64,000 nt of DNA from an uncultured Candidatus Saccharibacteria bacterium (GCA_964607805.1 CAZSLF010000002.1:36269-100268), one strand, 5' to 3'. Positions 1-10,668 are shown, numbered from the stretch's first letter. The notes: a model not told the origin generated them from the letters alone. Translations and numbers: made by a program.

Positions 1-62
1 AGGCATTTTTGGCTATGGCCAACAACCCCACAAACTTTCTCAAGGGACTTATATTTCCGAAT

Positions 63-90
63 ATTATAACAGATTAGGTGCATATGTCAA
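63..90 (-). promoter_or_regulatory. sigma70-type promoter for a unit running off the left edge
   Basis: Minus strand TATTGACA-N16-TATAAT, with TG upstream of the -10. Confidence 0.65.
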
Positions 91-116
91 TACCAGTAGC
101 CTCGTATATATTAAAC

Positions 117-149
117 AAAACCACTATGACATTTTGCCATAGTGGTTTT
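117..149 (-). terminator. Intrinsic terminator after dnaJ (probably bidirectional)
   Basis: AAAACCACTATG...CATAGTGGTTTT inverted repeat 30 nt past the dnaJ stop. Confidence 0.75.
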
Positions 150-178
150 GTTATTCTGATATGCTGAATTTATCTAAT

Positions 179-1336
179 TTACCTCCCCACCCTCCTCAAC
201 TCTTCAAACAATTTCTTTTCATCTTTTGAAGGTTTCTTTGGGATTTTTACAATAACCTTGAGCATGAGATCTCCTCTTGGAATTGATTTAGCATCTGGGT
301 CACCATCCTTCAAAACAGTATGTGGTACACCCTTGCCTTTAATTCGCAAAACTTCTCCATGATCAATTCCTTCTGGAATCTTGACAGTAAATGTTTCGTC
401 AAGACTTTCAAACTTTGCTTCACCTCCTAGAACTGCATCAGAAATTGTAATTGGAAGATCAGCAAATAGATCATAATTATTTTTTCTGAATTTTGACCCT
501 ACTGGATCCTTCTTCACATGAATTCGGATAAAGAGGTCGCCGTTTTCACCTCCAACAATTGATTCGCCTGAACCTCGGACGCGGAGAGTCTCGCCATTTT
601 CAATACCTGATGGAATAATAACCTGAAGATTCTCCTTTTTCTGCTCTACACCTTTTCCTTTACAGACCTTACACTTTGTTTTTGGAACTTTTCCTGTACC
701 TTCGCAATTATCACATTCAACCCTATTCTCAATTGTGCCAAGAATAGTCCGTTGATGTTTAATAATATGTCCTGTACCACTACAAGTGCCACAAGTGTTT
801 AGATCAGTTCCAGGTTCTGCACGATTTCCTTTACAATGTGAACAAGTGCTTTGTTTTGTTAGATGAATATCTTTGTGAAGTCCGAATATTGATTCCTTAA
901 ATGAAATCTCTACATCTACTTGTATATCAGCGCCGCGTTTCTTGCGATTTCTGCTGCCTCTTCCGCCACCGCCGAACATACCGCCAAAAATATCACCAAG
1001 ATCGAATTCAAAACCTTGACCATTTGCTCCTTGATTTCCAAATCCGAAACCACTGAAATCAAAACCTTCGAATCCTTGGCCTCCACCGAAACCGCCGAAG
1101 CCTTGGCCTTGTCCACCGCCAAATCCAGGACCAGCACTTCCGAATTGATCGTACTGTGCTCGCTTTTTTTCATCGGACAAAACAGAATATGCTTCACTCG
1201 CTTCTTTGAACTTAGCAGAATCGCCACCCTGTTTATCTGGATGATGTTGGTGCGCAAGCTTTCGGAAAGCTTTTTTAACTTCGTCTTGCGATGCACTCTT
1301 ATCAACTCCAAGAATTTTGTAATAGTCTTTGCTCAT
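179..1336 (-). CDS. dnaJ: Chaperone DnaJ
   Basis: J domain with HPD, G/F-rich linker, four CxxCxG zinc-finger repeats; follows dnaK. Confidence 0.98.
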   Translation of the reverse strand: MSKDYYKILGVDKSASQDEVKKAFRKLAHQHHPDKQGGDSAKFKEASEAYSVLSDEKKRAQYDQFGSAGPGFGGGQGQGFGGFGGGQGFEGFDFSGFGFGNQGANGQGFEFDLGDIFGGMFGGGGRGSRNRKKRGADIQVDVEISFKESIFGLHKDIHLTKQSTCSHCKGNRAEPGTDLNTCGTCSGTGHIIKHQRTILGTIENRVECDNCEGTGKVPKTKCKVCKGKGVEQKKENLQVIIPSGIENGETLRVRGSGESIVGGENGDLFIRIHVKKDPVGSKFRKNNYDLFADLPITISDAVLGGEAKFESLDETFTVKIPEGIDHGEVLRIKGKGVPHTVLKDGDPDAKSIPRGDLMLKVIVKIPKKPSKDEKKLFEELRRVGR

Positions 1337-1359
1337 GTAGGATTTTGATAATGAGTAGA

Positions 1360-3306
1360 CTATTTAGTCTCAGCGTCACGAACCGGTCCTTCGGCCCCAG
1401 GGTTTTCACCTGTTGATCCTGTCGCGCCCGCACCCGCTGATGCGTCGCCAGCAGGCTGACCTTCAGGAGTTGCTCCTGAACCCTGCGCCGCCTGAGCCGC
1501 TTTCATAACAGCTTCACCGAATTTCATTAGTTCAGCTGAAGCTTCTTCTGTTGCTTTTTTAAGAGCGGACATATCAGTACTTTCTTTTGCAGTTTTAAGT
1601 GCAGCTAATTTTGCTTCAAGACCTGAAATAATTTCAGCGCCAGTTGAGGCAATCTTTTCTCTGTGCTCCTTCAATTCTTTTTCAGAAGAATATAGAACAT
1701 GATCAGCAGTATTTCGGATTTCAACTTCTTCTTTCTTGGCTTTGTCTGTTGCTTCGTTTGCTTCGGCATCTTTTTGCATTCGCTCTATATCAGCATCAGT
1801 TAAACCAGAACTTGCTTCAATACGAATTGATTGTTCTTTGTTTGTAGATTTATCTTTTGCTTTTACGTTTAGGATTCCGTTTGCATCTACATCGAAAGAT
1901 ACTTCTACTTGAGGCATGCCACGTGGAGCTGGTGGAATACCGTCGAGGATAAAGCGACCAAGAGATTTGTTGTCGCTGGCCATTGCTCTTTCTCCTTGGA
2001 CAATATGAATTTCTACTGAAGTCTGACTATCAGCTGCAGTTGAAAATACTTGTGATTTAGAAGTAGGAATAGTTGTATTCTTTTCAATCAATTTTGTCGC
2101 GACTCCACCCATTGTCTCAATTCCTAAAGATAATGGAATAACATCGAGAAGAAGAATATCTTTTACATCTCCTGCGATAATTCCTCCTTGAATTGCAGCA
2201 CCAAGTGCTACTACTTCGTCAGGGTTAATTGACTTGTTAGGCTCCTTTCCGAAAAATGCCTTAACACGATCATGAATCATAGGCATACGAGTTTGACCTC
2301 CTACCATGATAATTTCGTGGATATCAGCAACCTTGAAAGGTGAAGCTTCAATTGCTCGCTTCATGATTTGCATTGCTCGCTCTACGAATTCATCTGCAAG
2401 TTCCTCAAGCTTTGCTCGAGTTATTTTCATAACAAGATGCTTTGGTCCGTTTTGGTCTGAAGTGATAAATGGAATATTGATTTCACTTTCAGTCGCAGTC
2501 GAAAGTTCGATTTTAGCTTTTTCAGCCGCTTCATCTAGTCGCTGCATGGCCAAAGGATCGTTTCGAACATCGATACCAGTATCTTTTTTGTATTCATCTG
2601 CAATCCAATTCAAAACTTTGTAGTCGATATCACGACCTCCTAGTCGATGATCACCGTCTGTAGATTTAACTTCTACGACTTCATCGCCTACTTCAAGAAC
2701 TGAGATATCAAATGTTCCTCCTCCGAAGTCAAACACCGCAATCTTTTCATCTTTTTTCTTGTTGAATCCATATGCGAGTGCGGCTGCTGTTGGTTCATTT
2801 ATAATTCTCTTAACATCTAGACCTGCAATCTTTCCAGCGTCCTTAGTTGCTTGTCTCTGAGAGTCGTTGAAATATGCGGGTACTGTAATAATTGCCTCAG
2901 TGATTTTCTCACCAAGCTTTGCTTCTGCATCATTCTTCATCTTTGTTAGAATCATTGCAGATAATTCTTCAGGAGAATATTCTTTGTCTCCCAGTTTGAT
3001 CGTTACACCACCGTTTCCGGCTTTTGCAACTTCATATGGAACTGTTTTCTTGTCGTCCTGAACACCTTGCTCGTCAAAACTGTGACCTATAAATCGCTTA
3101 ATACCATAAACAGTATTTTTTGGATTAGTCACTGCTTGTCGCTTTGCAAGTAGACCTACAAGTCTTTCATTAGTCTTTGAAAGCGCTACGATTGAAGGAG
3201 TAGTTCGTGCCCCTTCCGCGTTTTCTAATATTTTTGGATCTCCAGCCTCCATAACAGCTACTGCTGAGTTTGTAGTACCGAGATCGATACCAATTATTTT
3301 TGCCAT
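1360..3306 (-). CDS. dnaK: Chaperone DnaK (Hsp70)
   Basis: [19 protein letters not shown] and DFGGGTFD Hsp70 signatures. Confidence 0.99.
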   Translation of the reverse strand: MAKIIGIDLGTTNSAVAVMEAGDPKILENAEGARTTPSIVALSKTNERLVGLLAKRQAVTNPKNTVYGIKRFIGHSFDEQGVQDDKKTVPYEVAKAGNGGVTIKLGDKEYSPEELSAMILTKMKNDAEAKLGEKITEAIITVPAYFNDSQRQATKDAGKIAGLDVKRIINEPTAAALAYGFNKKKDEKIAVFDFGGGTFDISVLEVGDEVVEVKSTDGDHRLGGRDIDYKVLNWIADEYKKDTGIDVRNDPLAMQRLDEAAEKAKIELSTATESEINIPFITSDQNGPKHLVMKITRAKLEELADEFVERAMQIMKRAIEASPFKVADIHEIIMVGGQTRMPMIHDRVKAFFGKEPNKSINPDEVVALGAAIQGGIIAGDVKDILLLDVIPLSLGIETMGGVATKLIEKNTTIPTSKSQVFSTAADSQTSVEIHIVQGERAMASDNKSLGRFILDGIPPAPRGMPQVEVSFDVDANGILNVKAKDKSTNKEQSIRIEASSGLTDADIERMQKDAEANEATDKAKKEEVEIRNTADHVLYSSEKELKEHREKIASTGAEIISGLEAKLAALKTAKESTDMSALKKATEEASAELMKFGEAVMKAAQAAQGSGATPEGQPAGDASAGAGATGSTGENPGAEGPVRDAETK

Positions 3307-3436
3307 AATTTTATTTTTGTTTAGTTAATTTTTAGATAATGTCGAGACGTGGCTCGAAATCGCTCATATCTAATATCTCAACTTATTCGCGAAAAATTCT
3401 AGTTATTCCCGCGATATTTTGAGTGATATGAAAAAA

Positions 3437-3841
3437 CTAAGCAAAGGTTGGCGCACGTGGTTTAGAGCCTATATTGAAAATATCTGTAGAGTTTGGTTCC
3501 TCGAAATCATTTTGAGGTGTTACAGATGCAATTACTTCTGGTTGAGTAAGTGTTGTTGGTTGAGGTGCAATTAATGCAAGGATTTGTGAGTCTAGTGTTT
3601 GTGATGCTGAATCTGCGGCAGAATTAACGCCGCCGACTGCACCCGCAACAGAATTAGTGCCAGCTCCGAGTCGAATTGTCTGAGCACTTTGGGCCATTCC
3701 CACTTTTTGAACTTTGAGAATCTTTGGATTAACTGTGCCGTTTGGACCTTGTGCCAAAAATACGACAATAACGTAAAGCGCCAAACCGATTTGGACGAAA
3801 AGGACTGAAACGGGGCCGTATTGTTTACGTTCAATAATCAT
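3437..3841 (-). CDS. Hypothetical membrane-anchored protein between grpE and dnaK (alternative TTG start at 3856)
   Basis: ORF with one N-terminal hydrophobic helix and a low-complexity A/S/T/Q tail; TGcTATAAT upstream. Confidence 0.6.
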   Translation of the reverse strand: MIIERKQYGPVSVLFVQIGLALYVIVVFLAQGPNGTVNPKILKVQKVGMAQSAQTIRLGAGTNSVAGAVGGVNSAADSASQTLDSQILALIAPQPTTLTQPEVIASVTPQNDFEEPNSTDIFNIGSKPRAPTFA

Positions 3842-3931
3842 AATATCATCTCTCAATCTTCGTTAACTTTATATAATGAATTATAGCATGCCTGTCAAGG
3901 TTTTTTATATCCAAAACCTGATTTTTGTGGC

Positions 3932-4564
3932 CTAATTTACCTGAAACACTTTTACAAAAGCAGGACGAATCACTTTTCCATGAATTGAATATCCTTTCTG
4001 CAGAATTTCACCAAGTGTATGATCTTTTTCTGCTTCAGTTGTCTCAATATTTCCGATTGCTTGGTGCTTTGCCGGATCAAAGGCATCGCCAATATCTCCA
4101 AACTCCTCAATTCCCTGCTTCTTTAATACAGATTTGAATTGATTATGGATCATAATCACTCCGTCGTTTTGTCCTTCATGTTTAAGTGCCGCCTCGAAGC
4201 TATCAATTATTGGAAGGAGTTCCTCTACAAAACCTGCTGCTGCAAATTTCATAAAATCTGCTTTTGATTCCTCGTCACGCTTGCGGGCATTTATGAATTC
4301 AGCTTTGTCTCGCTGCCAGCCGTCTAGATATTGTTGTTTTTCTGCTTTAAGCTTTTCAATCTCAGACTTTAGTTTTGTGATCTTTGTCTGAGCGTCTCGG
4401 GATGTGTTTTCTTTGGCAACATCGTCCATTTCAAAAGAAATATCCTCCTCTTCCTCTTCGGTGTAGGGGCTTTCGATTGATTCAGATTCGGGTGTTGAAG
4501 TTTCGCTTAGGTTTTCCTCCTCCTGAGGGTCTTGAGAATGGTTTTTTAGTGTATCGTCTGTCAT
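3932..4564 (-). CDS. grpE: Nucleotide exchange factor GrpE
   Basis: AEFINARKR, LLPIIDSFE, FDPAKHQA and GYSIHGKVIRPAFVKV motifs; second Met (MTDD) taken as start. Confidence 0.95.
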   Translation of the reverse strand: MTDDTLKNHSQDPQEEENLSETSTPESESIESPYTEEEEEDISFEMDDVAKENTSRDAQTKITKLKSEIEKLKAEKQQYLDGWQRDKAEFINARKRDEESKADFMKFAAAGFVEELLPIIDSFEAALKHEGQNDGVIMIHNQFKSVLKKQGIEEFGDIGDAFDPAKHQAIGNIETTEAEKDHTLGEILQKGYSIHGKVIRPAFVKVFQVN

Positions 4565-4634
4565 AGGTGGGTGTATTTTAAGGATTTTGTGGTCGGTTGG
4601 CAAGGCCTGCAGGGATACATCCATTTTCTAATAC

Positions 4635-5339
4635 TTAATCCTCTAGATCTATTAAATATGTCCTAACATCTCCTACGGATTCGTTGATATTACATATCGT
4701 TTTAATTTCAGTGCCAGGAATCACTTTTATAAAAGCATCATCCTTCCATTGTGAAGTTTGATCAATTTCAAAGCTACCATATACATGAGGTATTCCGTGA
4801 ATGAAAAAGAATACTCTACCTTTCCATGACTGATCTGGATTATATGGTAATAAAGGGTTACTCCCAGGTGCGTTTGTTCTAGATTGATTATCTAGATGGA
4901 TAATGCCCTTTTTATAATCATCATTTGATTTTGTTGTGTCTATAATACACTCGTTCACTCTATACTTACCCACCAGAAATGCCGCACTAATGATCATTAT
5001 TAATAAAAATAAAATTGAAAAGAAACGCTTTTGAATACCTATTTTTTCAAAAATATGTGAAATAAATTTATATGTATAAAACCAAATATAAGGAATTAAC
5101 AAAAGTACTATTCCGATAGTAATAGGGTTTGGAATTCCAAAATTATCTATACCACCCCCTTTCCCTCCTCCAATGAATAAGAATTCTTCAGGCAATAAAC
5201 CAAAAAGGAAAAAAATTACTGAAAATATACCTTGTAAAGTAGGGTTACTAAAGAAATCCGTGTTGCAGAATAAATATAATAATATCAAAGCACCTAACAC
5301 TAGAAATGTGATAGCGCAAAACTTGAGAATTTTTTTCAT
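4635..5339 (-). CDS. Hypothetical multi-pass membrane protein with a soluble C-terminal part
   Basis: 234 aa AT-rich ORF with about four hydrophobic segments; leaderless TGATATAAT upstream. Confidence 0.7.
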   Translation of the reverse strand: MKKILKFCAITFLVLGALILLYLFCNTDFFSNPTLQGIFSVIFFLFGLLPEEFLFIGGGKGGGIDNFGIPNPITIGIVLLLIPYIWFYTYKFISHIFEKIGIQKRFFSILFLLIMIISAAFLVGKYRVNECIIDTTKSNDDYKKGIIHLDNQSRTNAPGSNPLLPYNPDQSWKGRVFFFIHGIPHVYGSFEIDQTSQWKDDAFIKVIPGTEIKTICNINESVGDVRTYLIDLED

Positions 5340-5359
5340 AAAAATATTATATCACTAAT

Positions 5360-6154
5360 TTAATTCTCTTCTTCTTCAACCAAAAAAACAATATTATCGG
5401 ACAGAATCTGCAACATATCGTCATGAACCTGCATATCCTGTGGTTCCTTACCTGTGTCAAACGCCATATAAAAATAATTTTCTACCTGAAAGTCTTTTCC
5501 GCTCATAATCACTTCATATCTAATAAAAGTTACATCATTGCTCAGATTATGTTGGGTTACTTCTCCGACCGCGGCATATTTACCCTTTTTTATAAGCCTA
5601 GGTTTCACTATGTGATTTGCGCTAGTAACATTTTCATTGCGATCCTCGATTAACATCGCCAAAAATGGGTCAGGTCGAATTTCTGTATTGCCATACTGCT
5701 CATTTATTTCATTTTCTGTAAGATTGTCACTTGATTTCATCTCCGAAGCTAGCCCTGGTTTGAATTTTCCAATAAAAAATACATTAAACGAAAATACTTC
5801 ATTCGCGTAACTTGAAGTACTGACTGTAGTTGTTATATACATACCGTCTTCTTCATTGAGAGTGTCAATCATGTCTACTTCTCCTATCAGGGTAAATTTC
5901 AGATCATCTTTTTTGGAAATGAACTGAACTTCATTATCACCTATAACTCTCTGAGTAAAATCAAATTTATATTTCTTATCAAAATAGGTATCCAAATATT
6001 TATCAAAGGAGTCAGGACTGTTAAGTCGAAAAAAGTTCCGCGTGATATCAAGATCTTTTGGGACTCCTTTAAATGAATATGTAAGTAATATGGCTACAAT
6101 TACTAAACCGACAAAGATGATAATAGTTCCTAAAACAATTTGAGTTGCTTTCAT
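5360..6154 (-). CDS. Hypothetical N-terminally anchored protein
   Basis: 264 aa ORF with one N-terminal TM helix; TGCTATACT 7 nt before the ATG. Confidence 0.75.
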   Translation of the reverse strand: MKATQIVLGTIIIFVGLVIVAILLTYSFKGVPKDLDITRNFFRLNSPDSFDKYLDTYFDKKYKFDFTQRVIGDNEVQFISKKDDLKFTLIGEVDMIDTLNEEDGMYITTTVSTSSYANEVFSFNVFFIGKFKPGLASEMKSSDNLTENEINEQYGNTEIRPDPFLAMLIEDRNENVTSANHIVKPRLIKKGKYAAVGEVTQHNLSNDVTFIRYEVIMSGKDFQVENYFYMAFDTGKEPQDMQVHDDMLQILSDNIVFLVEEEEN

Positions 6155-6180
6155 TGGGATTAGTATAGCAAATTAAGTAT

Positions 6181-6212
6181 AAAAAACCGCTCACAACTTG
6201 CGTTGTGAGCGG
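6181..6212 (-). terminator. Terminator of the 6239-6811 cassette
   Basis: Perfect 11-bp stem CCGCTCACAAC/GTTGTGAGCGG plus a U-tract on the minus strand. Confidence 0.8.
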
Positions 6213-6238
6213 GATCTTCTTACATGATAACCGTGAGG

Positions 6239-6811
6239 TCACATGAAGAATTGTCTGGCGGATAGGATCGCAGCCAGACCGTTGGCAAGCGCGCCGCATG
6301 CAGGAAAGAATGCTTGCGAGATTGTCTTTGGCTTGCCGATGAATTCCAGTATGCAACCTAGGGAGCACGCTGCCCAGAACCACGGGTCTTGACCAGCAGG
6401 ATTGTTCCACTGGTCGACGAATGTCGGCGTCATAGCGATGTACATCGCTATTGTGATCGCCACTACCCCACCATTCCCGGAAGTGAACTTCCAGACTATG
6501 AGGGCAATGATGGTACAGGCAGCAGCAATACTTTCCGTGTTGCCCCAACTCCATTGTCCATAGCCAATCGATAGTTTAACGATGGCTATAAGTGCGACTG
6601 TGCATGCGCCAACTTCAAATCCAAGCATACTCCATGGCCTTTTGTTGCCAGCAGAAATGATTGAGACCAGAAGGCATGTGTCGATGACCACCCACATTGA
6701 CCAAGTGGCCAAGTTAAGTGGGACATTGTGTATCATGAGCTTCGTAGCAAGATACACAAACGCGGCCATGATGATCGCGAAGCCGATTTTCGGCAAATTG
6801 TCACTTTTCAT
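6239..6811 (-). CDS. Hypothetical integral membrane protein (about 6 TM; possibly PQ-loop-like)
   Basis: 190 aa, almost entirely hydrophobic, visibly more GC-rich than its neighbours, with its own promoter and terminator. Confidence 0.8.
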   Translation of the reverse strand: MKSDNLPKIGFAIIMAAFVYLATKLMIHNVPLNLATWSMWVVIDTCLLVSIISAGNKRPWSMLGFEVGACTVALIAIVKLSIGYGQWSWGNTESIAAACTIIALIVWKFTSGNGGVVAITIAMYIAMTPTFVDQWNNPAGQDPWFWAACSLGCILEFIGKPKTISQAFFPACGALANGLAAILSARQFFM

Positions 6812-6883
6812 CAGTAACTAATTTCTCCAGGTTGTTGTTTTAAGGGGTTAGCTAGAGTAGCTAACCTAACTTTTATGCACAAT

Positions 6884-6912
6884 ATAGTAGCACAATTTGC
6901 TACTAATGTCAA
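6884..6912 (-). promoter_or_regulatory. sigma70-type promoter
   Basis: TATTGACA-N17-TACTAT, followed by the leader hairpin GGTTAGCTA/TAGCTAACC. Confidence 0.75.
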
Positions 6913-6918
6913 TATATT

Positions 6919-7311
6919 AAAATAAAAAAAGGCCCCGCAATCTTTGCCATTTAAGGCTACTTACAGCGAGTTTTCATACGCTGCATAGAGATTGCGGGGG
7001 GTTTCTTGGTGACTAAATTTTTTGTAGATTAAGAGACAGGGTCTAATTATCGGTTTGCACCTTTTACCGTGTAGACGTCTGAACCAGGTATATCCTCCCC
7101 AGGTTTAGTTTAGTTTTTTGGCGGACCAGGCTCGTAAAGAGCTTCTTGGTAAGTATAAAAGAGCGGGTCAGGGTTTAATCTCAATACTCCTAATCTTGAT
7201 TTTTCGAATGATTGAGATACGCATTCGTCAAGAGTCCTTAGGATAGTCGTCACACTTGTGGCAACGTGTTAGGGACAGCAATACCATATATGACTTATGG
7301 GTTTGTGTCAA
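6919..7311 (-). other. Promoter-to-terminator unit with no long ORF (candidate sRNA, or 47-aa ORF at 7110-7253)
   Basis: TTGACA-N17-TATGGT at 7283-7311; branched stem at 6933-6999 followed by a U-tract. Confidence 0.45.
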
Positions 7312-7340
7312 TAGCATAAACAAGTATCATATATACAAAG

Positions 7341-7367
7341 AAAAACCCGCCATTTTGACGGGTTTTT
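7341..7367 (-). terminator. Terminator after rpsI
   Basis: AAAAACCCG...CGGGTTTTT inverted repeat. Confidence 0.8.
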
Positions 7368-7385
7368 CTCGATAAATTCTAGAAA

Positions 7386-7796
7386 TTAACGTTTACTCCA
7401 TTGAGGAGCCTTTCGCGCTTTCTTCAGACCGAACTTTCTTCGTTCTTTTGCTCGCTGGTCTCGAGTTAGGAAACCTGCTTTCTTAAGAGTTGTTCTAAGA
7501 GATGCATCGAACTTTTCAAGTGCTCGCGCAACACCGTGTCGGATTGCTTCAGATTGAGAACTTGTACCTGAACCATTTACCTTAACTGTAATATCAAATT
7601 TCTGATCCTTAACAAATTCACTAGATAGAGCCTCAATAGCTTTAGTCTGGAAGTTTTCAGTCTTAAAATACGTTGCTAGTTCTGCATCGTTTATTGTAAT
7701 AGATTGCTTCGTAGAAGGAGTGATTCGAACTCGAGCTGTCGCTGTCTTTCGTCGTCCTACTGCTTCGAAATATTTAGTTTGTGTTGCTGCTGTCAT
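7386..7796 (-). CDS. rpsI: 30S ribosomal protein S9
   Basis: GRRKTATARV and C-terminal KERRKFGLKKARKAPQWSKR. Confidence 0.98.
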   Translation of the reverse strand: MTAATQTKYFEAVGRRKTATARVRITPSTKQSITINDAELATYFKTENFQTKAIEALSSEFVKDQKFDITVKVNGSGTSSQSEAIRHGVARALEKFDASLRTTLKKAGFLTRDQRAKERRKFGLKKARKAPQWSKR

Positions 7797-7823
7797 ATAT
7801 TTTTAAAAATGGCTTTTAGCTAA

Positions 7824-8171
7824 TTACGCCGTAATAGTTATATTAATAAGCATCTTGGCCTTAAGCTTATTGTCAGGAAGCATGCCTTTAACAGCTCGCT
7901 TCAAAACTTCTTCGTATCCTTTTCGGTCGATAAGCTTATCTAGTGATTCAACTTTCTGACCTCCTGGATATCCAGAGTGTGTCTTATAATATTTATCCTG
8001 CTTCTTTGTTTCGTTCATGTCCATCTTTGAAGCGTTTATAACTTCAACTTGAACATCGGCAACAGTGTTTCGCTCGAAAGTTGGCTTATCTTTACCCATA
8101 AGGACGATAGCTACTTCACTTGCTACTCTTCCTAATTTCTTATTTTGTGCGTCGATTACTTGTTTAGTCAT
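7824..8171 (-). CDS. rplM: 50S ribosomal protein L13 (short form)
   Basis: IDAQNKKLGRVAS, HSGYPGG and AVKGMLP motifs. Confidence 0.96.
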   Translation of the reverse strand: MTKQVIDAQNKKLGRVASEVAIVLMGKDKPTFERNTVADVQVEVINASKMDMNETKKQDKYYKTHSGYPGGQKVESLDKLIDRKGYEEVLKRAVKGMLPDNKLKAKMLINITITA

Positions 8172-8180
8172 GGTATTTTA

Positions 8181-8531
8181 TTATACGAGTTCAATTACAG
8201 CCATCTTACTTCCGTCAGACGGTCGTCGGTCTAGTTTGATAACTCTTGTATATCCACCGTTTCGACCAACATACTTTGGAGCAATAGTTCCAACTAGCTT
8301 TGGCACAATTGGATTGTTTCCAAGCTTAGCTGTAACAATACGTCGTGAAGCAAGAGTATTTTCTCGTGCAATTGTGATCAATCCTTCAGCAAATGGTCTT
8401 ACTTCTTTAGCCTTAGCCTCAGTAGTAATAATCTTTCCTTGTAGGAAAAGTTCACGTGCTAAAGACCGTAGGAGAGCTCTCCTTTGATCTGTCTTTCGAC
8501 CGAATTTTCTGTTGGCGTTGTTATGTCTCAT
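8181..8531 (-). CDS. rplQ: 50S ribosomal protein L17
   Basis: MRH...RK.GR, ITTEAKAKE and RNGGYTRV motifs. Confidence 0.98.
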   Translation of the reverse strand: MRHNNANRKFGRKTDQRRALLRSLARELFLQGKIITTEAKAKEVRPFAEGLITIARENTLASRRIVTAKLGNNPIVPKLVGTIAPKYVGRNGGYTRVIKLDRRPSDGSKMAVIELV

Positions 8532-8570
8532 GGTGGTATTAATCTGGTTTTTCTTGGATGACCTATAGTA

Positions 8571-9542
8571 CTATGCCTTGAGCGACAAGCCAAGTGTTTC
8601 TAAAATCGACTTAATTTCATCTACTCCTTTAGAGCCAAGACCTGCGATCTCTAAGATATCTTCCTCCTTCTTTCGAATTAGGCCTCCTACAGTCCGAATA
8701 TTGGCGTTTACGAGAGCATTTGCAGTTCTCTGAGACATATCAATAGATTCGATTCGAGTCTTTAGAACGTCATCTAGGGCCTCTTTATCAGCATGGTTTT
8801 CAGCCAAAGCCTCTGGTGAGATATCTGACTTTGTTGAAATAATTTCCTCTTCTTTGAAGCCAATAATAGCTTTAAGCTGAGTAATCATAATTTCAATAGA
8901 CTTCTCAAGAGCTTCCTTTGGAGAAATAGTACCGTCAGTTTGAATTGTAAGCTTTAGCTTATTGAAATCTGTTCGGTCACCTACTCGCATCTGCTCTACA
9001 TCGTAGTTAGCTTGAAGAATTGGAGAGAAAGTAGCGTCTAGACTAATTGCTCCAATATCAACTCGATCCTTGTGAATAAGTTCCTTAGCTAAGAAACCAA
9101 TACCTTTTTCGATAGTGATTTCCATCTCGATTTCTGTAGATGCTTCTGTAATTGTAAACAAAACTTGATCAGGATTCGTAACTGAAACCTGGCCAGGAAG
9201 TTTGATATCTCCAGCTGTTACAGTTTTTGTACCCTTAATCTTAAGAGTTGCATTTTGGTTTTCATCACTAGAAACGATAAATCGAACTTTCTTAAGGTTT
9301 AAAAGAATAGTTAGGACGTCTTCCTTTACTCCGTTGATAGTTGTGAATTCATGACCTACACCTTCAATCTTTACATGAGTAATAGCAGCTCCAGGTAGAG
9401 ATGAAAGGATAATTCGTCTAAGAGAGTTTCCTAGAGTGTGGCCATATCCAGGATACAAACCGTCGATCTCAAAAGATCCAAGAGTTGGCGTCTCCTTAAT
9501 AATTTTTGGCTTTGATGGCAATAGAATTGATGTTTCAGACAT
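8571..9542 (-). CDS. rpoA: RNA polymerase alpha subunit
   Basis: GYGHTLGNSLRRIILSS, HEFTTI and an alpha-CTD. Confidence 0.98.
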   Translation of the reverse strand: MSETSILLPSKPKIIKETPTLGSFEIDGLYPGYGHTLGNSLRRIILSSLPGAAITHVKIEGVGHEFTTINGVKEDVLTILLNLKKVRFIVSSDENQNATLKIKGTKTVTAGDIKLPGQVSVTNPDQVLFTITEASTEIEMEITIEKGIGFLAKELIHKDRVDIGAISLDATFSPILQANYDVEQMRVGDRTDFNKLKLTIQTDGTISPKEALEKSIEIMITQLKAIIGFKEEEIISTKSDISPEALAENHADKEALDDVLKTRIESIDMSQRTANALVNANIRTVGGLIRKKEEDILEIAGLGSKGVDEIKSILETLGLSLKA

Positions 9543-9560
9543 AGAGAGTAAATTAATTGA

Positions 9561-10169
9561 TTATCGTTTATAAAATTCTAATACTGCACCTAAATCAAAC
9601 AGCAAGTCCTGTCCTTCTAGAGTTGGCAACCGTAATAGCGATCCTGTCTTTCGTTCTTCGTTCCATGTGACCCAAACCGGAGTAGCAGCTTCCTTAACTT
9701 TCTGATCAACAACATCGAAGATTTTATTCGATGCACTTCCTTTCCGAATTCCAATCTGATCTCCTGGCTTCACCATGAAAGATGGAATAGTAACTTTTCG
9801 GCCATTTACAGTAATATGACCATGCGCAACAACTTGTCGTGCAAATCGTCGAGTATTGACCAGACCTAGTCTCCATACAAGGTTATCTAGTCTAGTTTCT
9901 AGTCTTTCAAATAGCTTAAGAGTAGGCTGATGAGTCTTACTTTCAATTACTTCGTTTACATATCTACTGAACTGTTTTTCAGAAATACCGTACATAAATC
10001 GTACTTTCTGCTTTTCTAGAAGCTGCTTAGCGAATTCACTTTTAGGACCTCCTCGCTTTCCTCCACTTCTAGCTTCACCAATTCGAGCCTTAAACTTTGC
10101 AGTTTGAGTCTTTTCGAAGATAGGAGCTCCGAGTCGTCTTGCTATTTTATATTTTGGACCAATTTTCAT
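9561..10169 (-). CDS. rpsD: 30S ribosomal protein S4
   Basis: QLLEKQKVRFMYG, LETRLDN and ARQVVAHGHITVNG. Confidence 0.98.
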   Translation of the reverse strand: MKIGPKYKIARRLGAPIFEKTQTAKFKARIGEARSGGKRGGPKSEFAKQLLEKQKVRFMYGISEKQFSRYVNEVIESKTHQPTLKLFERLETRLDNLVWRLGLVNTRRFARQVVAHGHITVNGRKVTIPSFMVKPGDQIGIRKGSASNKIFDVVDQKVKEAATPVWVTWNEERKTGSLLRLPTLEGQDLLFDLGAVLEFYKR

Positions 10170-10204
10170 AATAGTATTTTAAATATTTAGGTAATGGGTA
10201 AGCA

Positions 10205-10627
10205 CTATACTCGTCTAGGCTTCTTAGGCTTCACACCGTTGTGGGGTACGCCAGTCACATCTCGGATAGATGAAAGACCAAAACCTTTAGTGATAAAAGA
10301 TCGGGCAACTGACTCTCGACCAGATCCTACACCCTTGATAACTACTGAAATCTCCTTAACACCCATAACTGAAGCCTTTTCAGCAAGCAATTCGCCTACT
10401 TTAGCTGCTGCATACGGAGTACCTTTCTTTGCACCCTTGAATCCAAGAGCACCAGTTGAAGACCATGCTACAACGTTACCCTTCATATCTGTAAGAGAGG
10501 CTTTAGTGTTGTTGTAAGTTGACTGAATATTCAAAATAGCAGCATCTAGCTTTCTTTTACTAGCTGCTGTACTGGCTTTCTTGCCAGTTGCATCTGCCCC
10601 ACCTGTTGCGATTCTTTTCTTTCCCAT
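10205..10627 (-). CDS. rpsK: 30S ribosomal protein S11
   Basis: GFKGAKKGTPYAA and DVTGVPHNG. Confidence 0.98.
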   Translation of the reverse strand: MGKKRIATGGADATGKKASTAASKRKLDAAILNIQSTYNNTKASLTDMKGNVVAWSSTGALGFKGAKKGTPYAAAKVGELLAEKASVMGVKEISVVIKGVGSGRESVARSFITKGFGLSSIRDVTGVPHNGVKPKKPRRV

Positions 10628-10668
10628 AATAGTATTTTAATTAGTTAGGTTAAATAGTGAGGTTAGAA

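Noticed and set aside
3307-4634. CIRCE/HrcA operator for the chaperone genes
   Set aside because: No TTAGCACTC-N9-GAGTGCTAA was found and there is no hrcA in the window.
6919-7280. RNase P RNA, tmRNA or SRP RNA
   Set aside because: The size fits, but GAGGAAAGTCC, tRNA-like GGGG...CCACCA ends and the SRP domain IV motif are absent.
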